64,000 bases of DNA from Glycera tridactyla (taxonomy: Eukaryota), in the NCBI GenBank assembly GCA_965644265.1, contig OZ286476.1:55924001-55988000 (forward strand), given 5' to 3'. Positions 42,901 through 54,900 of this stretch are shown one piece after another. Position 1 is the first letter of the stretch; every line of letters starts with the position of its first letter. The position numbers and the translations under genes are program-made. Below the pieces are notes generated by a model that saw nothing but the letters and a program-made list of their open reading frames with translations, did no database searches and had not been told where the DNA came from.

Positions 42901-45900
42901 CCACTTGCCATACGCATGCATGCCTGCATGATGCTTTCTATGCTGCCGCTTCTCACTAGTAATACATGTATCAGAGGAGGGGGAAATAGACAGGACATGC
43001 CAGGATCATTAGGGGCTCTTCATGGAGCAGAGTGTCCCTGAAACTGGAGTGACCTCATTCTCATCCAGGGAATGGATGACAAAGTGCTGCATCTTATTCT
43101 GAGAGGATGTAAAGGAGCCTCTGAAGTAACTGGTATGGTCCCTTGGAGCTAGTTTGACTGTGCTTACAAGATGACCGAATCCATTCATGGATTGCCATAT
43201 CTCTGCACGAGGCTGATCCTGATTTGTCCTGTGCAGCCAACTCCTTATTATTTCTTACTCTTCAGCTTTTTCACTGCCAGGTTATTGACGGTCAATGAAC
43301 CATGAAGGTCTGAATATTGTAGTACAGGGATGGGATTGTTCCGCTGATCCGCAAACTTCCACATTTTTTGACTGCAAATGCAGTGATCTATGTACATGGC
43401 AGAAAAGTGCATTTTCTACTGATTATTTTGAATGTTAGAAGATGACATTAGGACCAGGATGAGTGCAGATAGAGCACAGAGTTAGTATGGAGTGATTGTA
43501 GCCATTAGGTAATACTTGTTGGGGTGTCCTCATCCACAAAACATTGGTGGTGAAAATGCCCCATCAGGTTTTCAGGCTATTTGCTTGTTAGCCAATCATA
43601 TCCCTGTGTGAAATGAGTCCATTATGTGGGGGGGGGTAAAAGCTGTATTGCAGCAAGTATTGTGTTTTGATTCCATGAAGACAAGGGTCTTGTAATACCC
43701 ACACAAATTTGGCTTGAGTTTTATATAAAACATGCTATCTATAGAAATAGTTTCCATACCACCTGTCAATCAATACCAGTGTTCACTATACATGTGTAAT
43801 TCTTCACACACTGTAAATAATCTTGCAAGTAATATCAGATTCTGTCGGTCCCAGGTATTTCCTATATTTCCTACATGTGTATCCAGCTATATAGTGGAGT
43901 ATATAATCTGTTATTTGGGCAAACACATCTCAGTTTGTGTGACTGAAAAAATGCTGAAACCCAGTGCATGCTGACTGGGTATTAAAAGCCAGACATGCGT
44001 ATGGAAGACTACACTTATAAGCATATAGCAAGACATCATGGGGTGTTGTCCTGACAAGTTATACACCACGAGGTGTGTATTGTCAGTATAATTCACGAGG
44101 CCGAAGGCCGAGTGGATTATACTGACAATACACTCCGAGTGGTGTATAACTTGTCAGGACAACACCCCATGATGTCTTGCTTATATACCACGATTTATCA
44201 TGTGAATTGATGGCTGTAAGTTCATCTGAATGGAATTCAGTCTATTTGTCGATCCCATTTATCCAGTCATGAACCCCTTGTATGAAACCTACGAGAGTCA
44301 CAATATATAGCAAACATGAACAAATAAGCAGAATTCCACTCAAAATGAGATAGGGATATGAAAGTAGTCTCGTTGAACAGGGCAGATCACGGGAAATTCA
44401 TCAATATATTTTGTGTGTGTGTAGAATCTGAATTCATATCATGCACTCAAGAATTGAATGGAGTTAGAATCAGTTAACAGGCATTTGAGCTGCCTGCCGA
44501 TCACGTCGCATGGAACGTTCCCGCTGTGGGAAAGACAATGGGAAGTCACGTGACTATGCATTGTGACGTAGGTGCGTGTACCAGTGGTCCTGACAAGTTA
44601 TATTCAACACCCCTATATTCAACCGTAGCTCGTGCTAATCGTGGTATATTGTAAAAGAATCACTGCTTTTCTTTGCAAAGATTGTGGAATTGCCCCAGTT
44701 TTTCAGTCCAATATGAGCTGGGTAGGTTGAAAGGAGATTAAACTAAAACAGTGTACAATTGTGTGGATGATTGTATTGTGCAGCTGATGATATCATTAGT
44801 GCCCCAGATTTCTGCAGCTGATTATTTCATTTTTGATTCATGTGCTCTTGGCTGATACAGACTCGCCTCACTGCTTATACGTGTCATAATGATGTGCACC
44901 GGCAGCTTCTTACACTCTATGAAGTCTCACTATTCTAGTCCGTGCTATCTCCATTTCAGGTGTCTGATTTATCTACATTTGTTTTTTTGATAAATCTTAA
45001 GATATGGGTATAGCATAGTCATAATGTTCAGAAGAGATTCCGAAGCAAACTGGATAATGAGGTGAGAGGAGTGCGGCTACTAGCTGTGAGGTTTCATCCC
45101 GTCCAGGCTTTAACAGCTCTTTCTTGCATAGAAAGACCACACTTCATCATGACGAAATGTCCTCTGCTATAAAGATATGTATACATCTTTGAGAGTGGCC
45201 TTTGAAAGAAGGTAGCCTCCATAATGAGGTGGTCATTGTAGCCAATTCTACCGCTGTACTACTGAGGCTGCATCGGACACCATTACCAAGTAGAAACTAG
45301 AAACCTTCTGTTTTATTCTATTCTGATCCATTCTACATCTTGGATAGGTCCTTCAGATGACATCATATCCATGACTACAATGTCTACATTCAATGAAGGG
45401 GAGAATATTTTGAGACATCATTTATGATAATGTTTTGGTGTATGTCTTCTTTTTTCTTACACATTCCACTTTTGTATAGGATGCGTTTTTCAAAAATATG
45501 CGCTGTCATGCTCTGCTCTGTCTTTTTTCACAAGGTGGGGAAGAACAGCGTGAAAAGTGGAACTGCAAATATTGAAAAGAAGTTGCAAAAACCAAATGTA
45601 AATTGAGCTGTTGTTACACGAGCAGTATAGTTTTGGTTTGAGTCGTAGTACTTGAGCTTGAAGTTAGTGAATAGTTGATGTGAACACACACCCTTTCAGG
45701 CAATACATGAATGGAATCCATCATGAAGATTGGGTTTTAAGTGAGACAGTCACTTTTCTTCAACTTCTGATTGGAAGACAGAATCTCTGTGGATGATTCC
45801 AACATATTTGAGTCTGAAAGGGTGATGAAAGTAGAATGATATAGACATAAAGTAACCCCTCTGGATATTACTTTATGCTGTAGGCTTCTAAGACAGATTC

Positions 45901-48900
45901 AGTTGAGTCTAAGTCCAACAATGTGTGCATTTCAAACCATGATGCAGGAAGATTTGCTTTCATGAATATTATTTCAAGAATGAGATCATCGTCAGATGGG
46001 AAATCTACTGATGAATGATTGATTGGATTCGGCATCGAGTGATGATGATCAAATAATGGGAGCTGGTACACAACTATAAGCTTGTTGAGCCTGCCATCTA
46101 AATTCATCACACTGGTTGAAATTGTGTATCTTCCTCCTTGCTACTTGCTTCTGTTTATTGCCCCCCCCCCCCCCACTCACACACACACTTCTTGCCTGTG
46201 AAGTTTACCAATGTCAAAATTGCTGTACATTTGGTAAAAGACGATCTTGCATATGTCTCTTGATCTAGGCTCATATGTCAGGGGATAAAAATTAACTTGT
46301 ATGCTACAAATCCAATTACTGTCTGAATAACCCTCTTTGGTTCAGCATATTGCTGATCATTATCACCCTACCAGAATTTATCTTCTCCATAAAGACCCTT
46401 CCTGTTTCCATCTCACTCAGAATGTATGCTATGTTTGAAATGCACATGTTGGAGGGTTTTGATGATCAGTTAGAATACATCCAGTAGTCAGAATTAGCAG
46501 CACTTGTAGACGAAAAGTGCTGACTCTCACATGTTTGGATCAACATATGCATTTCACTGTCAAACATGTATGACCTTTTGATGATGGATAGGTTGTGTGG
46601 GTGGTGGCTGTTCTGGACACAATTCATAGTTTTTGAGTTATGTTGAGGTTCAGAGCATTGCATGAATGCTAGTTAACATGTGGGAATCTATGTGGGAGGA
46701 TTGTCTAAAGGGATCTACTACACTTGAGCTGTCTTTCAGGAAGGTGAAGTGGGTTTTTACCTGCCCCCACCCCAAATATATTCACCTGACCAAGTCAGAT
46801 ATACCTCAAATCACAGACGACCTTCTCATGAGGACTGATGTTATTTGTGGTGGCTGTCCTCACAGTCTTCACTGTTGCCACTCATGGCATAAGCAGTGAT
46901 CTCCTCGGCTGATGCCACAGCAATTCTCAGGGATTGACAGGGGTAGGAATGATCACCCAAATCATTCTCTGCATGTTGTGATTAATCCCTGCCGCTGCTC
47001 TTCTTTGATCTCTCACCGCTTTGAAGATGCCCGATATGCAAATCAGTCACACACAAATCTGTTTCCTGGAGGAAATGATATTCGCAGGATTCTATTAGCA
47101 GTGAATAATGAGTGAAAAATGAAAAAACATTATGTTCTCAATATCGCAGTTTTTTAAGCCTCAGCTTGAGTAATCAGTGAAATATCAATGTTAGTGAGTA
47201 ATATTGAGAATACAATTCAGATCAAAGAGAAATGGATGATCCGGACGCAAAGTGTATGGGTACCATCAAATCATGCTATGCATATTGCCAAATCCATCAA
47301 CGATGATGGTTTTGAAACATCTGATGGATTGGTCTGATAATCATATAGTAATCATCATTCTGTGATAAGTAATACCTAATTGTTATCTATGAAATCTGCA
47401 CTTCCCACTAAAGTTGCTCAATATCTCATGAGGCAGATATTTTTGTGAAATACTCCGGTGATCTTTGATTTCAGCCAGTGGTGATGGCATCTGTTTGTAT
47501 CATGAAATTGTGATAATATTCTGATCAAAAGTCATAGCTGCAGAGTCAGCAAACTAGACAACATGCATTGCAATCAGAATCGGTCATCTGGTGAATCATA
47601 GCTGCAGAGTCAGCAAACTAGACAACATGCATTGCAATCAGAATCAGTCATCTGGTAAATTTCTAATCAGTAAACGTTTCTCTGGGTACCACTTTTTCAA
47701 GCCGATTGAGTTTTTGCAGTAAAAGCACCGTCATTGCAACCAGGGTTTGTGTCCAGGGATCCCAGTCTGAACTTTCTTGAGATATTGAAGCAAGGGGCCT
47801 AATTGCTCCAGCAAAATATCTTGTTTTGGCTAGATGGTGTGAGTAGAATGGTGGTAAGCCAAGTAAGCGGGAGGGTCCATTTACTTATACCCATATTACT
47901 GTCAATTCCACTTTTGTAGCTCCTGGACTTGCAAATCATGATATGTGTATGTATGATATTCTCGCTAGTTTATGAATAACTTAGATATAAATTGGAAGGC
48001 AAAAATCAGCGAATGCTACACTCACTTTCTCCTCGTCATCCCACCATGGATTAGTGCCAGTACAAGAGTTAACTTGAGCCAAAACCCTCATCAATCCACT
48101 TCAGTTTTGCAATAAAATTCCACAGCTTTGATCATCATACATCTGTTATGGCTTTCCATATTTGAAGTTCAAAAATCAGGGAATTTTGTTTATTCAATAA
48201 GCCTTGAGAACAGCAGCCTATAACAATTTGGATAATTGTATTGGCACTCATTTTCACGTTATTGATTTATCTACTTTAAGTCTTTATAGGGAGGTGGTCT
48301 TTATAGGGAGGTGGTCTTTAGAGGAGGTTCGACTGTATATATAAACATATATTTGCATTCACTTTTCTGAAGTATTAGTCTGAGCTGATTGGTACATAGA
48401 TACAAATAACCTTTTTATGAGACTGTGGAGAGCTTGAGCACAGTTGAGATTAAAGTGACATTGACAGTAAATGGGATTTTTTTTGCTGATCACCAACTTG
48501 TAGGGTTAGTCGCATATGTCGATCTGACAATGTATTCATGCATGGAGACACGCTAAATGATTCTTCCATGCCTGTGGTGTTGGAGAATTCTGATAATGTC
48601 AAATATGATAGCTGTTTCTCATATATGCAAGTCTTCATTGTTGCTATATGATGCTTCACATCATTAAGTCCTTGACACANNNNNNNNNNNNNNNNNNNNN
48701 NNNNNNNNNNNNNNNNNNNNNNNNNNNNNNNNNNNNNNNNNNNNNNNNNNNNNNNNNNNNNNNNNNNNNNNNNNNNNNNNNNNNNNNNNNNNNNNNNNNN
48801 NNNNNNNNNNNNNNNNNNNNNNNNNNNNNNNNNNNNNNNNNNNNNNNNNNNNNNNNNNNNNNNNNNNNNNACTTTTTTCATCAATTTTATGTCAGTGACA

Positions 48901-51900
48901 AGATGTACAGGCAAGTGTGTGTGCGTGTGCATGTTTGCTAGCCTCATAGCTGCTCTTTGAGCTTCCCTTGTTGTGGGATGACTCAGTGAGGCAGTGGTTG
49001 GGAATGCTGGCAGTGTGCTGCTGGTGATGAGTGTCTTACCCAGAGGATGTATGAATTCCTAAAATTGGTCCTAGGCATTTGACCTGTTGCTTGTGCATTA
49101 TGTCACTGACATGAAATTATTCAAAAAAAGGTGTGCAGCATGTGTGCGTTATCCACTTTGTACAAGTGTCATTATAATCAAGATTGATATTAATTCAGAA
49201 GAATATGTCATCAAGTTGGCTTTATATAACTGTTGATAACAAACTATTCATCAATGCAGAGAAATAAATTACCAGATGTCTGTATTTTGGGGCATTTGTC
49301 TTGAGGCCAATGCTTACTCAGAACTGTGATACCCATTTTTAACATTATTTTCTTATGTGGATGTTTTCCCTGCAGCCCAAAAAGTCAGCTCTAGATGGTA
49401 AAAGGAAGATTGATCCAAATGCTGAACCCAAAAAGAAGATTATCAAAGATACTGATAGTAAGAAGGTGGAAAAGAAAAAGCCAGATGAGGCAAAAGTTGC
49501 TACGAAGAAAGTGGATAAAGCAAAACCGGTGAAGCAGAAGAAGGCAGCAGAAAAACCTGCAGCAAAAGGAAGGCATCAGTCTGTGACAAATGCAGGTGCT
49601 GCACCAAAAGTCAAGAATACTGACGGTGCTAAAAAAAATAAAACAAAGACAGAAAAGGAGGGAAAAGTTACGTCTCAGGTTACTGAGGAAACAGGAGAGG
49701 CTGTAGTGGGTGAAAATGATGAGGAAGAGGAGATGGAAGATGAGGAGGAGGGATTTGAGGAAGATGATGAAGATGAGGAGGAGAAGGCGGAAGGAGAGGA
49801 AGATGAGGAGGAGGAGGAGGAAGATGGGGAGGAGGAGGAAGAGGAAGAGCAGCCAGAAGGAGAGAATATTGAGGCAAATATCACCAGTGTTCCAGCTGAT
49901 ATTGATACATCACAAAATGTCACTGATGATACAGTGGAAAATAAACAGGAAGAACAGAAACAAGAGGAGGCACCTAATGTGATGGCAGAACCACAGAAAG
50001 AAGTCATAGTTGAGACAAAATCTGAGATGGAAAATCTGGCAGAAAATAAAGATACGAATGCTACAGATCCATCACCCACTCCATCCTTTGTTTTACCTGC
50101 AATCTCTGTCACTGATGCTCCGACAGATCCCAGCCAATCAGATCATCCGAAACTACCAGCCAATCAAATGCCTGATCACATGGATGCTATGGCCAATCAG
50201 CACCGCAACAGTCTAACGCTGGACGTTGGCCCATTAATTGTGACAGAGAAAATGCCACCAATTGTAAGAACTTGTTCATTCTGGATGCCTGCTTCACTGT
50301 GTAGTAGTCCAGTCACATCTACAATCTTTGAAGGTCACTGTACATGATGAGTGATGCACAGGTCATTTGTATATAATGGATGGCAATGGCATCAAGATGT
50401 GGACAGTTAACTGTTGTTGTACTTGCTGTTGTTTACAATGGACGCATTCACCTCAGCATGGATTTATATTGTGTACTTGGTTTCATTTTTTCCCCTCTGG
50501 TCATTGTGGAGTTTGGGACCAAAGATTTGGTTTAAGTAGAATTTAAAAAGGACCTGATTTCGATCCTGCACTAGGGTTGGCCATCCAGTGAAGCTGGGGT
50601 ACATTTCCATATGAATCATGCTCCATTAGGTCACTTTATACTCCCAGGGCACAAGTGCAGAGTTGAGGGATATCCCCACTTACCATGGTGGCTGGTAGAT
50701 TCTCAAACTACACACCTCTCTTTTTATTATGTCAGAATTTTGATATCTCTCCAAAACTTCTTGAGAGTGAACTGACCTTGTCGATTTTCAAGGAGTTTCT
50801 CCCTCTTGAAAACTGCATCCAACATCCTTGTCCAAGTCAGTAGTCCCTGTTGATTGGCATCTAAATCAATCAAAATCACAAGCAGTTTGAATGATAAGGA
50901 TGTGGTTTTGGTCGCAAAATCAGATTCGGACAGGTGTGTTTGGAATTGGTCCAAACATAAGAAAGTGATTTTTCTGATGGTTGTCAGAATTCTGGTTTGA
51001 ATTCTGATGGCAAGAGAACTGATGTGTGTGTTTGGGGATTTCATCATTGGCAATGATTGACATTGAGCTATTCCCTTCAAAAGGCCACCATTGGCCTCTG
51101 TATCAAATACCACTGCAGTCATCTCTTGTGGTAGGCTCTATAGGCAGGTGGCCTCTATATACAGGTAGACTCTTGAGTAGGTCTGACTGTGAATATCTTT
51201 CTTACAAGACAGAATCCTTCAATCTGGAACGAGCCATGGAAACATTATAGGAAGGATCTAGTTGATCCGTAATATTGTTTCACAACTGGTTGTCCTTGAA
51301 CAAAGACCAATGAAATCGTAACAGTATGGGGTTCCCTTATCATGGAAAGTTGGATGCATGTTGATACTNNNNNNNNNNNNNNNNNNNNNNNNNNNNNNNN
51401 NNNNNNNNNNNNNNNNNNNNNNNNNNNNNNNNNNNNNNNNNNNNNNNNNNNNNNNNNNNNNNNNNNNNNNNNNNNNNNNNNNNNNNNNNNNNNNNNNNNN
51501 NNNNNNNNNNNNNNNNNNNNNNNNNNNNNNNNNNNNNNNNNNNNNNNNNNNNNNNNNNNNGTTGGAAGCTGGATGTCCCTGGTGGAGACACTGACGTCCA
51601 GTTAGGTCAAGTGAGCATCTTGGTGTCAGATACAGTGTACCTCTCAAGGGAAATAGAAAGTTGCTGCATGTTACATTCCCATCAGATTGAATTCACGAAC
51701 TGACCACCTCCGTGTATACATGTTGTAAACTCAGGAGAGAGACATTGATGTAAGCTGCATGTGTGTCATTTAGGGTCCAATGTCAGGAATCACATCATCA
51801 CATTTGTAGAATTAATCAGTCAATCAAATTGTCCATTGATTAATTTATCAAATTGGATGATACCAACCCAACTACCCTATCGACCCACCCACCCACCAAA

Positions 51901-51908
51901 CTACCCAT

Positions 51909-51969
<61 letters not shown>

Positions 51970-54900
51970 CACACACACACGCACTGTATTTCATGATTTT
52001 GCTATCAAATTTCAAATAATCTGTCATTTTTGTACATTATGAAAGAATGAAACTTCTACTCATTGTTGGAACATCCCTATATGTTGTGCTAACGCAAATG
52101 GAAAAAATGATATTGGGTTAGAAGTTGACTCCATAAAATTGGAATTACAGTTGAAGCNNNNNNNNNNNNNNNNNNNNNNNNNNNNNNNNNNNNNNNNNNN
52201 NNNNNNNNNNNNNNNNNNNNNNNNNNNNNNNNNNNNNNNNNNNNNNNNNNNNNNNNNNNNNNNNNNNNNNNNNNNNNNNNNNNNNNNNNNNNNNNNNNNN
52301 NNNNNNNNNNNNNNNNNNNNNNNNNNNNNNNNNNNNNNNNNNNNNNNNNNNNNACTAATTCGCATTCTCAGTTGAAAACCTGCATCAGTGCTGAGGCAGA
52401 ATATCTTATCCAGAATTGACTGAAATTATTTCAGCTTTAAACAAAGATGAGTGGCTTTAGCCAACAACTCTTTTTTTCCAAATTGACCAATGACTTTCTC
52501 ACGGAAACTTCCAAGCAAGATTATGAAGCAGGAAAGCTCCAGAATTATTATCAAACCTGATTGGAGATGCCTGATTTCCATGAGAAAGGTAGGATGTGAC
52601 GGTGCAGTGCCTGCCTCCGGACATGTGCAGTCATTGTTTGATAATTGGTATGTTATTTTATTTTCATTATTATAAGATGAGCAGTAAGAACCTAACAGTG
52701 ACTGTTCCCGGTCTACATACGGACGCGAGCCGGATGAGCACACCCGACAACGACGAGCTTGTAAGACTGGCTTCAGTATACACACCTAGAGCTCTTATCT
52801 TCTCAACCTACCCAGGGGTGCGTCTTGTTTGAGTACCAAGTGACTCCTGTGTAACTGCGCAACTCTCTCAGTCAGCCCATATTAGCAACAGTTTTGAATG
52901 TATTCACACAACTGGCTTCATTTTGATTCAATTCCATCTGCTTTAATATATTGTTGAAATGGACCGACTTGTAAACAAATAATGGGCAATGTATAAAATT
53001 TTATAAATTCTTGTATCCCTCATGGCTTTTCCTCACTTTCCTATCAAACACCTTGTGTGTAGGTGAATTTCTCAAGAAAAGAAAATCATTACCTCAATTT
53101 TTATTTGAATCCATTGGTGTTGATAGTTCATTATTTTTTACCATGAGTCTACTGCAGATTCTGTATTTTTGCATAAATATGATCTTCATTCAGGACATTA
53201 TTACTGCAAATAAGTAATTCTAATTCTTGAAATGAGCTTGAATTATTGATAAATGTCTGACGTCATGAATTGTGATACATTATGTTGGTAGATATGCAGT
53301 TTCAATGTATCGGTACCAAATGAGAGTCACCAGCTAGTTTGGAAGGTTGAGGAATGTATACTTACGCCTGTGACACTTATGGCTTGAGATTAGGAACTAA
53401 CTAGTTCTACTAGATGACAACTTAGTGCATCTTTCACCACACACTTGCAGCTATTTTGTCCTGCCAGTCATGCATGGATGGAAGTTGTTTGTATTGAGAA
53501 ATACTGGATCATTGAGGTGGTAGACATCCTTATCAAGATAACACCTCAACTGAAGCATGAAGTGGCTTGACTCCACTTTTCAAAACATACCACAGCCAGT
53601 TTGTGTCATAGTATGCTTTCAATGTCAGATTTGCGGATTTGCATGGTTTACAGAACCTCAGTGAAAATAGGCCTTTGTTTGGGGCCGATCATATCTCAAA
53701 TATGTTCACCACTCCAGTGATTGCATACACACTCTAGCTATCTGCTGAACATCTCATATTTGAGAGATTTACACATGATGGGAGATGGTGAGAAAGAAAC
53801 TACGGGTATGTTCCAAAATTCACTATCCATATATACAAATTACGTTCTCAGAAATCATCCGATTTCTTGTGAAGATCCAGGTTCAGATCCGCAAGAAATT
53901 GGAGGATTTCTAAGAATGTAATTTGTAGCGTAGTTTCATTCTAACAGGTCTGTATCTCTGTGGTATAATGGAGCAATCCATTGAGGCTTGTAGACTCTGT
54001 GCACAACACATTTGTCACAGACTGTAGCTGTAGCTGACATCTTACAAACTTCATAAATCATACCTGATCATAGCTATGTTCACAATAGTGAATATGACAT
54101 TTATTTTTTTTATGTACATATATCCGTATGTGCATGCCTGTATAGGCGTATATATAATCTTTATATATATATATATATACATTCACACAATAGTTACTAG
54201 ACCCTTGCTGTCACTGCATTGATGTCTGATGTAAGAATATGTTTTACATTGATAGCTGTCAGTTTTAATTGAGTGTCAGTTTCAAGCCAGTTACATAGTT
54301 GGATGTACCATTGTTGGCATCGCTCTGTTCATGTTAGATAGGTAGAGATGTGTCTGAACTGTAAGGTACTTCCACTTGACAAGCTTTCAGATCAACGGGA
54401 GGTGGGGGTGGGCCAAGTCCAACATGTGCATGTATCTGGCAGAATATTGTATGTCATATTTGCCTATGCTGGAGTGACAAATCTTTTTATTCCTTGCATG
54501 ATCTGATGTATTAGTAGGAATACAGATGAAAAAGGGAAAATTGTTTTTGTGATGGAAATATTGATCTATGGTTGTGCATATAATCAATGTCTGAGTGTTG
54601 CAGGCTATGCTGACTAGAGCAGATTAGTCTTCAGCAAACTCACATAAACCATTGCCCCCAAATAGGAGGTTCCAGCTAGAGCTATGCCAATCTTTTTTAA
54701 CAGTCAACCTAGACCATTTCAATGGATATTTCATGATTTCAAATGTTCAAGAACTGTATCTGAGACATAATTTTGGGGCTATCAAGCACCAGCATCATTA
54801 TGCATCAAGATGAGATTTTTCTTACCAAAGGAGCAAAAATATGAATGTAGGATAATGCTCAAGATGATGCCTCAGTCAATATAACTGACTGCCTGGTGAA

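Noticed and set aside
43069-43132. Candidate exon GMDDKVLHLILRGCKGASEVT (phase 0-1)
   Set aside because: Would break the frame into exon 49376 unless a partner exon is hidden in the 48680 gap; no support.
49391-50216. Overlapping Pro/Ser/Arg-rich ORFs on other frames and strand (also 756-1010, 29211-29635)
   Set aside because: Shadows of low-complexity GAG/GAA coding exons.
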